The notes under the pieces were generated by a model, which worked only from the letters and a program-made list of their open reading frames with translations, did no database searches and was not told the DNA's origin. Below, in pieces: positions 46,650 through 56,061 of a stretch of DNA of 64,000 nt (its first letter is position 1; every line of letters starts with the position of its first letter). This stretch comes from a virus. The position numbers were made by a program, and so were the translations under genes. Location: IMG/VR virus record IMGVR_UViG_3300015371_000024, positions 4,614 through 68,613 of that record. One strand, written 5' to 3'.

Positions 46650-47114
46650 ATGACCACAGCAGCACCAGCAGCAGAACCCACCACGACCGGGCCCGTCGCG
46701 CTCGCGACGTTCGTTCCGCCTGAGCGTCCGATACGACGCCCGTTCCTTCTCCCGACGACGGATCTCATCTTCGCGCGTTGCGCGCTCGAGAACACGCAGA
46801 ACGATTACGAGAAGGCCAAGGCCAACGCTACGCTGCTGGAGACGCGGAAGGTTGCGCTGGCCGAGGATCGGGAGGCACTCAAGGCCGAGCTCCTGTGCGA
46901 GATCGCGAAGACGTCCTATGCGTCACAGGCGGCACAGAAGCGCGCCGAGGATTACGCGCTCGCGAACGACACCGCGCTCAAGATCATCGAGCGCCATGAG
47001 GCCGCGATCCGCCTGGTGATGCCCGAGTACAACGAAGACGTCTCGGTCTTCCGGCACCGGATGCTCTCGCTGCGCGCGAACCTCCGGACGTGGGGCGGGG
47101 AGGAAGAAGACTGA
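46650..47114 (+). CDS. Coiled-coil hypothetical protein
   Basis: GGAGG RBS; helical. Confidence 0.7.
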   Translation: MTTAAPAAEPTTTGPVALATFVPPERPIRRPFLLPTTDLIFARCALENTQNDYEKAKANATLLETRKVALAEDREALKAELLCEIAKTSYASQAAQKRAEDYALANDTALKIIERHEAAIRLVMPEYNEDVSVFRHRMLSLRANLRTWGGEEED

Positions 47115-47788
47115 TGCCGCTCCCGACGCGCGAAGAATGGGACATGGTCAACTTCGTGGCGAAGACGGTCGTCGCCGCGCACCTGTTCCCCAACCTCCTT
47201 CCGGATCCCGTTCCGGAGGGAGGGTTCCCCGGTGAGGGGATCCACGCTCGCGCCGTGCTCGCGATCGTCGCCTCGCAGGAATTGGGACTCTCGGTCATCG
47301 ATGCCATGAACCGTGTCCGGTTCACGAAGGACGGCACGATCGAATTCGTGCCCGCGGTCACGGCGTCGTTCACCGAAGCGCTCGCGGCCACGATCGCGTC
47401 CGAGCAGAAGGACGCACAGAAGCAGAAGGACGCGCAGAAGGTGGTGAGGGAGGCCGCGGATCCGAACCGCACGGCACTCGCCAATCGGTTCGGCGGTCTC
47501 ATCATCCCCAAGGGGTTCGTTCCCGAGGGCAAGGTGCTTCTCGATTGCTCGGTTGGGGAGCTTGCCTACTTCGTCAATGAGTCGCGGAAGAAGGGCGCAC
47601 ACAGCAAGCACCGGGAAGCGGCTTGGGAGCTATTGTCTATCCGACTCCCGAACGCCTCGGCGCTCGATCTCGGGAAGCTGGCGCGGTGGATCGTCGCCAA
47701 TCCCGACGTCCGCGAGAATTTCCAGGACGTCTTAGTGATCGCAGAGAAGCGACTCCAGGATCTCGGAGAGCAACATGCTGAACGATAA
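47114..47788 (+). CDS. Hypothetical protein with weak RecT/Bet-like N-terminal pattern
   Basis: A...I....ELGL....A...V...G. Confidence 0.45.
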   Translation: MPLPTREEWDMVNFVAKTVVAAHLFPNLLPDPVPEGGFPGEGIHARAVLAIVASQELGLSVIDAMNRVRFTKDGTIEFVPAVTASFTEALAATIASEQKDAQKQKDAQKVVREAADPNRTALANRFGGLIIPKGFVPEGKVLLDCSVGELAYFVNESRKKGAHSKHREAAWELLSIRLPNASALDLGKLARWIVANPDVRENFQDVLVIAEKRLQDLGEQHAER

Positions 47789-47957
47789 GGACGTGGTCGC
47801 GCTCATCGCCGGACAGGTCTACAACGCGCAGGTGATCCTGAACGACAATCCGCTCGGCGAGCCGACGGTCGAGTGGTGCGTCGAGAAGGCGTATGAGATC
47901 CACACCGCAGCCGCTGCGCGCGTGGTGCGGGGGGAGACGCCGGAGGCAGAGAAGTGA
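47775..47957 (+). CDS. Hypothetical protein
   Basis: 60 aa, GGAG RBS. Confidence 0.6.
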   Translation: MLNDKDVVALIAGQVYNAQVILNDNPLGEPTVEWCVEKAYEIHTAAAARVVRGETPEAEK

Positions 47958-48226
47958 GCGCGTGGAGAGATGTCAGCGCGTGGAGAAAGGTATCGTTCGC
48001 CGAGATGGTGACGCGGGTTGCCACTAACCGCGCTCCGGACACGGCGCCCGAGACCGTTGATTACCGACGTGTCGAGGGAGCCGACGATCCGATGTTCATC
48101 GTTGAGGTCGTCCGCTTCCCGCACATGGGTGGTGGCGAGATCTATGCGGCGTTCGGATACGAGTACGATCCAGCGTACACGCCAGGAGTCGAGGCGGTCT
48201 TCTACGTCCGGGAGGATCCATTTTGA
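47954..48226 (+). CDS. Hypothetical protein
   Basis: GTGA overlap; duplicated N-terminal SAWR. Confidence 0.6.
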   Translation: MSAWRDVSAWRKVSFAEMVTRVATNRAPDTAPETVDYRRVEGADDPMFIVEVVRFPHMGGGEIYAAFGYEYDPAYTPGVEAVFYVREDPF

Positions 48227-49005
48227 CGAGAGACCGCGGACCGCAGCCTTTCATTCCCCGGACGAACCACGTCGTCACCGTGACGCTCACGCCCGAGATC
48301 CTTGACCGGACTCGGGCGTTTGCCGAGCGGATCGAGCTTGCCAACCGCAAGCGGAAACGCAAGAACGTGCAGGGGCTCACGGCCAAGGGGAAGGAATCGC
48401 TCGCGCTCCGGGTCCGCGGACTCTCGGGTGAGGCGGCGCTCGCGAGCTACCTCGGGATCCCGCCGGTCCGGTTCGCGGACGAATGGCGATGGCGACCAGA
48501 CGTCCTGTGCTTCGACTGCATCACGACGGACAAGGCGCACGGATCGCTCATCATCACGCCGCGCGATCGCCTCGACATGATGAAGGTCTTGGTGATCGAT
48601 CGCTCGCCGGTGTTCCACCTGTGCGGGTGGTATCGAGCCGGAGATGCCAGGCTCGAGGCCGAGCGGTCGCACAGCGAATGGTGGCGGACCGAGCGCGAGA
48701 AGGGTGGGGCGTGGTACGTGCCGCAAGCCTTCCTGCGTCCGCTCTCGGACGATGAAGCGCAGCACGCGCTCGCGCCCTATTCACGGCAGTGGACCGGGAC
48801 CGAGTACAAGGATCTCACGCACGTCCGACAGGTAGAGCCGACCGAGGCATCGCCGTTCTGGCATGACTTCCTCGCCTCACGACCGAAGACACTGACGCCC
48901 GTGGACGCCGAGACGGGCGAGGTGATCACCGACTGGCGCGAAGTGCTCCGCCGCGCCGGCGCCGCACCACCGGAGCACTCACCACCGACCGAGGACGACG
49001 CATGA
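48223..49005 (+). CDS. Hypothetical protein, possible restriction-endonuclease-like fold
   Basis: G..GE.A.A.YLG, PDV...D, GWY, W.VPQ..LRP. Confidence 0.6.
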   Translation: MTRDRGPQPFIPRTNHVVTVTLTPEILDRTRAFAERIELANRKRKRKNVQGLTAKGKESLALRVRGLSGEAALASYLGIPPVRFADEWRWRPDVLCFDCITTDKAHGSLIITPRDRLDMMKVLVIDRSPVFHLCGWYRAGDARLEAERSHSEWWRTEREKGGAWYVPQAFLRPLSDDEAQHALAPYSRQWTGTEYKDLTHVRQVEPTEASPFWHDFLASRPKTLTPVDAETGEVITDWREVLRRAGAAPPEHSPPTEDDA

Positions 49006-50186
49006 CTAAGAACGGGAAGCGTTCAGGGAAACGCGCACCGACACCAGCGAAGTCAGGTGACACGCTGGACAACCTCCCGACCTTCAACCTCTCGCGCGAT
49101 CTCTACGAGAGCGAACGGAAGGAGATCTATACCGGGATCTTGCTCCGACTGACGGAGCTCAAGTCGGTTCGGAAGAAGGTCACCGACGCGCTCGGGATCC
49201 CCGCCGAGCAGGAGAAGGACGTCTCGCGGGTGATCGCGCTCTACGAGGGCGACACGGGGATCCTGGCTCTCTTCCAGAATTCCGGCGAGGAAGAGGAATA
49301 CACCGCAGCCGAAGTGAAGAAGGGTGGGAAGGATCATCGGCAGCGCGACATCCCGTTCAGCGCCGTGCCGTCGGAGTCCACGCCCGAGACGCGCGCCTCG
49401 ACCGAGCCGGTTGGCGTGAACGCGATCGATAGCTTGGTCTCGGCGATCGCGCCGCACGCGCCGTCGGACATGGATTGGGATGCCTTCCGTCGCCATGTGG
49501 TCGAGATGTCGAGCGACGAGCGGACGCAGGTCCACGAATACGCCGAGCGCCGCCATCAATTCGACAACTTCCCACGGGCCGCAGTCGATAGCCTCCCGTT
49601 CGTTCCGGCCTTCCTGCACTCGCTGTTCGTGGATCTCTCGCCCGCCTATGCTCAGGCCTTGGGCGGTCGTGAGGATGTGCTCTACAAGACGGACATGGAG
49701 CGCGCGATGGCGCGAGCAGCGGCCAAGAAGAAGGCCGACTCGGACGCTGCGCCGGACGTCGAGACGCTGACGGGGAAGCAGCTGGCCGCGCTCGAGGCGA
49801 TCGCCGCCGGCCACGCGGGCACGGTCGCGGCCTCGATGTACCGGAAGGTCACCGGCATGGGCTTGGTCGTCGTGAACATGAACCAGGAAGTCGTGCTCAC
49901 GGGCCGCGGGAAACAGGCGCTGGCGACGGGTGTAGTGCCAGCGCTCCCGAAGACGGCGGTCGTCCCGCCGCCGGTCGTGACTGCGGAGCCACCGCCCGAA
50001 GGCCAGACGCCGCCACAGGGTGACGCGCAGGAGGCCGCAATCGCGGTCGAGGGTAACGCGGGCACTGTCGCGCCGGTCGATCTCTCTACGCCAGCATTGG
50101 ACGCGTGGGAGAAGGATCACGTCCGGACCGAGGGCGAGGAACCCGTCGCGTCTCTGACGGCGATCGCACAGCAGGAAAGCAAGTAG
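49002..50186 (+). CDS. Hypothetical protein with C-terminal winged-helix-like segment
   Basis: LT.KQLAAL..IA ... GLV......LT.RG..AL. Confidence 0.7.
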   Translation: MTKNGKRSGKRAPTPAKSGDTLDNLPTFNLSRDLYESERKEIYTGILLRLTELKSVRKKVTDALGIPAEQEKDVSRVIALYEGDTGILALFQNSGEEEEYTAAEVKKGGKDHRQRDIPFSAVPSESTPETRASTEPVGVNAIDSLVSAIAPHAPSDMDWDAFRRHVVEMSSDERTQVHEYAERRHQFDNFPRAAVDSLPFVPAFLHSLFVDLSPAYAQALGGREDVLYKTDMERAMARAAAKKKADSDAAPDVETLTGKQLAALEAIAAGHAGTVAASMYRKVTGMGLVVVNMNQEVVLTGRGKQALATGVVPALPKTAVVPPPVVTAEPPPEGQTPPQGDAQEAAIAVEGNAGTVAPVDLSTPALDAWEKDHVRTEGEEPVASLTAIAQQESK

Positions 50187-50264
50187 CTACGCTCTGGAAG
50201 ACGGCGGGGGGCGATGGGCGCTCCCCGCTTCTTGTCTCGCTTGCCCCACAAGGATACCACGCAC

Positions 50265-51824
50265 ATGGCCTCCCATGTTCGCGCACTCACCACCTGGAGG
50301 AAGGACGCCGCGCTGCTGCGTCTCGCTGATCTCCTGAACGTCGCACCCGTCCACGCTTACGGCATGATCACCGCGCTCACGGCGCATCTCATGGAGCAAC
50401 GGAAGTGCGGGGATCTCCGCTCCGTCCCGAGCTCGGAGATCGAGCACGCCGCCGGATGGGTGGGAATGCCGGGACACTTCGCCTCGACCGTCGTCAATTC
50501 CTACGTCGATGGCCGCGGGCAGATCCTGCACTGGATGGAGACGGCGTTCCCGATCCTGAAAGACCGCGAAGCGAATACCGCCCGGGTCAACGCGTACCGG
50601 AAGAAGATGCGCGAGCAGCAGAACCAGGCTGCAGACGACTTCGTGTCCGGGACTGGCGGCAACGGTGCAGCATCGTTATCCTCTGCATCGTCTACTGCGA
50701 ATCAATCAGCCGCCTCGCCAGCACCACGCCGAAACGCCGAAGGACCGGACGCCACTCGCGTTCGACAATCCTCGCCTAAGTCGGCACCCGAGACACCAGC
50801 GTCACCCCGTACAAGCTCGCCCCGGACTGTAATGGGTGACACGTCACCCGAGCATCCGGCAAACGGTTCCCGCATCGAGACTTCCGAGTCGCGTGTGGAA
50901 AACTCGTTGAGCGATGTGGAAAGTGTAATGGGTGACTCTGTAATGGGTGACTCGCGTAATGGTTACACGCATTGCGCCTCGCGCGCGGTAGTTCAAGATC
51001 TAGAACCTAAGACAGAAGCTGTTCTAGGATCGAGATCTCTAACTGCAAGTGCTGTTAACCACAGATCATCTCTCACTGCAGAGATCTCTGAAGCGGAGAG
51101 CAATCAGTTAGCTAGTAAAGCAACTGCATTAACAGCGCTCTTAATTGGCATCCCGAAAGAGATGGTTGCAGAGATAGATGGGAAGGACATGCTGATCGAG
51201 TCGTATGGCGATGACGCGCGTGACGCGTGGGTGAGTGTCGGTCGATTCCTGGAGCGGTTCTATGGCGACAGCCAGACCGACGCGCTCGACATCGCGAACA
51301 AGCTGATCCTGACCATGACGCCGAAAGGTGTGGCCGCTCGACCGGGCGTCCGGATCTCCGACGCGCGTCCCAGGTCCGTCCTGCTCGCGATCGAGGAAAC
51401 GCTCCGGAAGCCGCCGACAGTACCCAAGGCTGCGTACACGTTCGTGCTCCGGAAGCTCGAGAACAGCAAGGCCAACCTCGAGCTAGGTGGCGACGGGATG
51501 ACCGAGACCGAGCGCGCAAGCGTGCGACACGCCCGGGAAGACGCCAAGATCGCTCCGGCCATCAAACAGGCGATCGACGGCATGACGGGACCGTGGCGCC
51601 GGCGACCGACGACGGGACGGGCCGACGAGCAGCGCACGGCGCTCCGGTGGCTCCACGGGTCCACAGCTGTCCGTCAGGAATTGGCGGAGGCGTGCGAGAA
51701 GAATTTCGCGTCGTGGAACCAGCGTCTTCCGGGTCTCGACACGGTCAAGGAAAACTGGATCCGAGCCGAAGCCGTGAAGCGGTGGAAAGCCGCCGGATGT
51801 CCGCTCCCCATGCCTCCGAGGTAG
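50265..51824 (+). CDS. Putative replication initiator protein (lambda O-like architecture)
   Basis: N-terminal LA.LL.V....A.G..., IE.AAGW.G..G.F, ..RV..YR; disordered linker carrying DNA repeats. Confidence 0.65.
   Translation: MASHVRALTTWRKDAALLRLADLLNVAPVHAYGMITALTAHLMEQRKCGDLRSVPSSEIEHAAGWVGMPGHFASTVVNSYVDGRGQILHWMETAFPILKDREANTARVNAYRKKMREQQNQAADDFVSGTGGNGAASLSSASSTANQSAASPAPRRNAEGPDATRVRQSSPKSAPETPASPRTSSPRTVMGDTSPEHPANGSRIETSESRVENSLSDVESVMGDSVMGDSRNGYTHCASRAVVQDLEPKTEAVLGSRSLTASAVNHRSSLTAEISEAESNQLASKATALTALLIGIPKEMVAEIDGKDMLIESYGDDARDAWVSVGRFLERFYGDSQTDALDIANKLILTMTPKGVAARPGVRISDARPRSVLLAIEETLRKPPTVPKAAYTFVLRKLENSKANLELGGDGMTETERASVRHAREDAKIAPAIKQAIDGMTGPWRRRPTTGRADEQRTALRWLHGSTAVRQELAEACEKNFASWNQRLPGLDTVKENWIRAEAVKRWKAAGCPLPMPPR
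50828..50967. repeat. Iteron-like repeats TGTAATGGGTGAC x3 plus GTAATGGTTACA (putative origin)
   Basis: Copies at 50828, 50924, 50939, 50956, followed by a visibly AT-richer stretch ~50990-51180. Confidence 0.75.
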
Positions 51825-51894
51825 CCGTGAAATACTTCCTGCTCGGACTCATCAGCGCGTACATCGGCGCAATCCTCGGACGCAAGAGGTAGCC

Positions 51895-52302
51895 ATGAGC
51901 GACGAGAAGATCGACCCGACCGCATTCGGGCGGAGCACCAACTACGCGATCCCTGGCGTCAAAGACCAGTCGTTCACGGTCGTCGGATTCCACGACGGGT
52001 CGCGCATGATCGACGGTCCGATCTACACCGACCGTTCCGAGCCGTTTGAGTTGAAGACTCTCCGTCCGGCGCATCTCCGACGATCGCCCGCGTGGTGGCT
52101 CACGGGTTGGTGGCCGCTCCCGTGGCGGACGAAGCTCTGCGATCGCTTCGGGCATCCGGAGTCGTGCGTCGGGAGCGAGGTACGAACGACCGTCCGCACC
52201 ACCTCGAGCCATGACGCTGGCGAGGAATGGACGCTGGATTTCCAAGCCGTCAGCCCGAGTGTAGCGCGGCGCTGGTGTGAGCGGTGTGGGAGGGACGTGT
52301 GA
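51895..52302 (+). CDS. Hypothetical protein with C..FGH ... CERC motif
   Basis: GAGG RBS; zinc-binding pattern. Confidence 0.65.
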   Translation: MSDEKIDPTAFGRSTNYAIPGVKDQSFTVVGFHDGSRMIDGPIYTDRSEPFELKTLRPAHLRRSPAWWLTGWWPLPWRTKLCDRFGHPESCVGSEVRTTVRTTSSHDAGEEWTLDFQAVSPSVARRWCERCGRDV

Positions 52303-52613
52303 AGCACCGCATCGTGGACGAGAACGGGAACGGCGTGGAGCTCGATGACCGGGATCCGCGGCACCTGCTGTGGGCGATCGCCGCCGAGAAGCGGATGCGG
52401 GCGAATCGCGCGTCCGGCGATCTGCTCCGAGGCATTCAGGACTTCCTCGATCTCGCCCGACAGATCACGCGCGCCGACTTGGATCTGGTGCGTTCGCGGA
52501 TCAAGACGATGGAGCCCGTCGAGGTGCACCCAGGGTGGCGACAGGAAGCCGCTCGGTGGCGCGCACTGGCCGCGAAACTGGAGGTCATGGCACATGACGA
52601 CGTGCACGGCTGA
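52299..52613 (+). CDS. Hypothetical protein
   Basis: GTGA overlap. Confidence 0.6.
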   Translation: MKHRIVDENGNGVELDDRDPRHLLWAIAAEKRMRANRASGDLLRGIQDFLDLARQITRADLDLVRSRIKTMEPVEVHPGWRQEAARWRALAAKLEVMAHDDVHG

Positions 52614-52821
52614 CGTCACGCCGCCCGAAGGCGAGCGCGAGACATGGCTCCATCCGGACGCGCGGGAGCTCGACTGCGGCGAAGGCCACAGGAATTGGCG
52701 GCAATGCCCCAACTGCGGGTACCTGTGGCGTGTTGCACCCACACCTGAAAACCGTGTGTCCTCAGAGGTGCAAGCCAGCAGGACCGACGAACGCGAGAAG
52801 TCTCACACCCCTATAGCCTGA
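52594..52821 (+). CDS. Small zinc-ribbon protein
   Basis: W.HPDA ... CPNCG; GGAGG RBS. Confidence 0.6.
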   Translation: MTTCTADVTPPEGERETWLHPDARELDCGEGHRNWRQCPNCGYLWRVAPTPENRVSSEVQASRTDEREKSHTPIA

Positions 52822-52840
52822 AACGGGAGAATCGATTCTT

Positions 52841-53146
52841 ATGGCTGAGACCGTGACGTGCCAGTACCCGAAGGGATCCGTCAACGAGTGGCCGAACGAC
52901 TTCCGCCACATCCCGCCGTGCGGCGCTCCGGCGATCGAGCGCGCTCGGACGTCGGACTTGCCCGAAGGGACGGAGATGCCGATCTGCGAGCGGCACGCGA
53001 AGCGCCTCAAGACGCTGACCGAGCGCACGGGCCGATCGTACATCAGTGTTCCTATTCAGGAAACAAGTGTAGTATCGGACCATGATCCGTCTACTGATAG
53101 CGGTCCGCCGCCTAGCGACCGCGCTCCTGAATCATCTCTCGGGTGA
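52841..53146 (+). CDS. Small Cys/His zinc-binding protein
   Basis: C...CG.PA...ICERHA. Confidence 0.6.
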   Translation: MAETVTCQYPKGSVNEWPNDFRHIPPCGAPAIERARTSDLPEGTEMPICERHAKRLKTLTERTGRSYISVPIQETSVVSDHDPSTDSGPPPSDRAPESSLG

Positions 53147-53267
53147 AGCTGAACGCCGACAGCTGCTCCTCGAGATCGAGCGATTCGAACATCGGAGCAA
53201 CGACCTGCTCGCCCGACTCCGCGCCCGTGCCGAACGATCCGCCGACGACCACGACAAGGAGGCATGA
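53082..53267 (+). CDS. Hypothetical coiled-coil peptide
   Basis: 61 aa; stop overlaps next start. Confidence 0.5.
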   Translation: MIRLLIAVRRLATALLNHLSGEAERRQLLLEIERFEHRSNDLLARLRARAERSADDHDKEA

Positions 53268-53410
53268 TGACCCGCTACGAGAAGCTCGCGATCCTGTTCA
53301 TCGCCGCCGGACTGGCGATCATGTCCGCACCGATCGGCCACGGTGCCGCGTTGGTCGCCACGCTGTGCTTCGTCCTGGCCGTGATCTTCATCGGGTGGAG
53401 TGGTCTCTGA
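53264..53410 (+). CDS. 48-aa two-TM membrane peptide
   Basis: AGGAGG RBS; MMTRYEKLAILFIAAGLAIMSAPIGHGAALVATLCFVLAVIFIGWSGL. Confidence 0.65.
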   Translation: MMTRYEKLAILFIAAGLAIMSAPIGHGAALVATLCFVLAVIFIGWSGL

Positions 53411-53746
53411 ATGCCGGTGCGTCAGATGACCATAGTTGATGGTCGTGCGGTGTTCGTGGACGAAGTCATCGATCGTGAGCACTTCGGCCCCGGATCCACG
53501 ACCATCATCGGCACGCCGCGCCCCGGGTGGTATCGCCGCGGCGATGGCAAGATGGCGTACATGCCGGAGACGCTTCCGGCCAGCGGTCAGCCGCTCGCCG
53601 GGATCCACTGCGAAGTGTCGCGGGACGGACCCGACGGACTCTATTTCGTTTACGTGCCCGAGCCGCAGGACCAACCTGGCGTCCCGCAAGGCAACGACTG
53701 GATGACGGCACACGACCGCGAAGTCTTCCTGTCGTGGCACAAGTGA
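53411..53746 (+). CDS. Hypothetical protein
   Basis: 111 aa abutting previous stop. Confidence 0.65.
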   Translation: MPVRQMTIVDGRAVFVDEVIDREHFGPGSTTIIGTPRPGWYRRGDGKMAYMPETLPASGQPLAGIHCEVSRDGPDGLYFVYVPEPQDQPGVPQGNDWMTAHDREVFLSWHK

Positions 53747-54015
53747 TCGATCTCCAGCCGGACCACGACTGCTGCAACCACAAGCGACGGGCGCTCTACT
53801 GCGAGGGCGACGACGTCTTCGTCCACGTCTGCAACATCTGCGGCAAGGTACGCTACGAGCCTGACGGCGTGCGTCCTATGGCGTGGTACCTCGACAAGAC
53901 CCGGGCGACCGGCGTCCGCTATGCGTGGGAGCCGATCGCCTTCCCGGACGCGCCGGAGGTGTGGAAGTATCCGGACTTGGGCGTGTGGGGATGCCTGGAG
54001 CTTCTGGAGCAGTGA
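53743..54015 (+). CDS. Cys-rich hypothetical protein
   Basis: GTGA overlap; C.H ... CNICG. Confidence 0.6.
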   Translation: MIDLQPDHDCCNHKRRALYCEGDDVFVHVCNICGKVRYEPDGVRPMAWYLDKTRATGVRYAWEPIAFPDAPEVWKYPDLGVWGCLELLEQ

Positions 54016-55364
54016 CCGTCACGCTCGAGGATCTCGCGGCACTCCGCTGCGCCGAAGCGTGCGCCGGTGCCGGTGGCATGGTCTCGGGTATCGAGTCCCA
54101 AGGCTTCGACACGGTCTGGCTGTCGGAGATCAACGGCTACTGCAAGCGACTCCTGCGGCACCACTTCCCGGACGCCAAGGTCTACGGCGATCTCAATGAG
54201 CTAGTCGGACGTGGCCGGTCGCTCGTCCGGCGGCATGGTCGCCCGCTGCTCTACGCCGGCGGCACGCCGTGTCAGGATCTCTCGGTCGCCGGTCAGCGTC
54301 GGGGCCTCAAAGGCGAGCGGTCTGGACTCTTCCACGCCTTCATGCGACTCTGGGAGGAGCTCGGGTCGCCACTCTGTCTCTGGGAGAACGTGCCTGGTGC
54401 GCTATCGTCTCACGGTGGGAAAGACTTTGCGCGCGTCCTTGGAGCTTTCATCGGGCAACGATTCGCTGTTCCCCGAGTCGGACGCCGCGGTGATCGCCTC
54501 CGGTGGCCTAGTGCTGGAGTGCTACGAGGACCATCCGGAGTCGCCGCATGGCGCGTATTGGACGCACAGTATTTCGGGATTCCGCAGCGCCGCCGCCGTC
54601 TATTTGTCCTCGGTTCTCGAGCCAACGCATTCGATCCCAGAGCGATACTACTTGACCCCGAAGGCGTGTCAGGGGATCCTCCGCCGCGCGAGACGTCGTG
54701 GGAAGTCCTTACCGCCCGTCTTGGAGACGGCCCTGAGACTGCGCGCCTTCGGAACGCTCGCGCCACAGGAGCCGGAAGTGCTCCCGATCGCGCCGCCCAA
54801 GGTCGTCCAGCCGAGCGAACCACGGTGGGAAACGATCGACATGTTTTCGTAAAGGGACCGCGAACTCACTCGGCGGACGACTTCGAAACGTGGAAGGAAG
54901 CTACGGTCGCCAACACGCTCGCGCCATCGGACATGAAGGTCTCGACCGTGCGCGCGACCACGATCGTCTTCGGTCCTGAGAACCACGTCGCCGACCCGAT
55001 CTCCGCCAACGAAGGCCGGACGTGGACGCACGAAGGCAACATGTTCCGGACGCACAACGTCGTGATCGAAGACGACGCGAGCCTGGGGATCCCGCGGCGC
55101 CTCATGCCGATCGAATGCGAGCGGTTGCAAGGTTGGCGTGACGGATGGACAAACGTCCCGAAGACGACTATTCTCCAGCCAGACGATGCAGGACTGTTCG
55201 GCCAAGCGATGACCGAGATCGAGTACGAGTACCCGTCGGACGCCAAGCGGTACCGCGCGATCGGGAACGGGGTCGCCGAGCCGGTCGCCGCCTGGATCGC
55301 CTGGCGGATCCGTCTCGCCGCCGCGGAAGCCTACGTAAAACTGCAGTCATCCATTCACCAGTAG
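54012..55364 (+). CDS. C5-cytosine DNA methyltransferase
   Basis: Motif I variant CAGAGG, GTPCQDLS (IV), WENVPG (VI), Q.RRR.F (VIII), RRL.P.ECERLQG (IX), R.IGNGV (X). Confidence 0.95.
   Translation: MTVTLEDLAALRCAEACAGAGGMVSGIESQGFDTVWLSEINGYCKRLLRHHFPDAKVYGDLNELVGRGRSLVRRHGRPLLYAGGTPCQDLSVAGQRRGLKGERSGLFHAFMRLWEELGSPLCLWENVPGALSSHGGKDFARVLGAFIGQRFAVPRVGRRGDRLRWPSAGVLRGPSGVAAWRVLDAQYFGIPQRRRRLFVLGSRANAFDPRAILLDPEGVSGDPPPRETSWEVLTARLGDGPETARLRNARATGAGSAPDRAAQGRPAERTTVGNDRHVFVKGPRTHSADDFETWKEATVANTLAPSDMKVSTVRATTIVFGPENHVADPISANEGRTWTHEGNMFRTHNVVIEDDASLGIPRRLMPIECERLQGWRDGWTNVPKTTILQPDDAGLFGQAMTEIEYEYPSDAKRYRAIGNGVAEPVAAWIAWRIRLAAAEAYVKLQSSIHQ
54211..54852 (+). CDS. Nested alternative-frame polypeptide within the MTase (beta-subunit-like; start uncertain)
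   Basis: +1 frame reads LSSVLE...IPERYYLTPKACQGILRRARRRGK.LP..LE.AL. Confidence 0.65.
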   Translation: MAGRSSGGMVARCSTPAARRVRISRSPVSVGASKASGLDSSTPSCDSGRSSGRHSVSGRTCLVRYRLTVGKTLRASLELSSGNDSLFPESDAAVIASGGLVLECYEDHPESPHGAYWTHSISGFRSAAAVYLSSVLEPTHSIPERYYLTPKACQGILRRARRRGKSLPPVLETALRLRAFGTLAPQEPEVLPIAPPKVVQPSEPRWETIDMFS

Positions 55365-55395
55365 CGTTCTCTATTTCCTAGATCCCCATTCAGCC

Positions 55396-56061
55396 ATGCC
55401 CGCCACCACACGCCCGCGTCTCCGCGTGACATCCATCAGCCAATGGAACAAGGAAGACTCCGCCGGACGACGCGAGAATGCCAAGTTCAAAATCGATCTC
55501 GATACCGCGCTCAAGGAGCTTGAGTACGAGCTCGGTCGCATCTCGGTCACCGACGCCCAAGTCGGGATCGCGGTAGACTCCCGCGCCTTCCGGCGCGACG
55601 GCTGGCCGCACACCAAGGCCCAAGGCCATCCCGGCGTCGTCCTCACCTTCTCGCGCCCCAACCGCGGTGTCATGCGGATCGCGACCGATCGCTACTACGA
55701 GTGGGTGGACAACCTCATTGCGATAGCCCGCACGCTCGAGGGGCTCCGCATGATGGACCGCTACGGCACGACGGGGAACGGGAAACAGTACGAAGGCTTC
55801 CGTGCGCTCCCCGCCTCGACGTCGGCGACGATGGACGTGGCCGAGGCCGCGGTCATCATCCGCGATGCCGCGCAACTCAAGTACCCGCCCGAGCGACTGT
55901 TGGAAGTGCGGGAGCTCGCGGAGATCGGCGTGCGCGCCGCGATCTTCAAGTCGCACCCGGACCAGAACATCAACAAGCCGAAGGACGAGGTGGAGGCGCG
56001 GTTCCATCTGGTCGAGCGCGCTCGTCAGGCACTCTCGGCCCATCACGGCGGAGGACTCTGA
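55396..56061 (+). CDS. J-domain (DnaJ-like) phage protein
   Basis: C-terminal HPD with F..V..A; N-terminal PGV...F..., D.Y....DN..AIA.TLE.LR..DRYG. Confidence 0.85.
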   Translation: MPATTRPRLRVTSISQWNKEDSAGRRENAKFKIDLDTALKELEYELGRISVTDAQVGIAVDSRAFRRDGWPHTKAQGHPGVVLTFSRPNRGVMRIATDRYYEWVDNLIAIARTLEGLRMMDRYGTTGNGKQYEGFRALPASTSATMDVAEAAVIIRDAAQLKYPPERLLEVRELAEIGVRAAIFKSHPDQNINKPKDEVEARFHLVERARQALSAHHGGGL

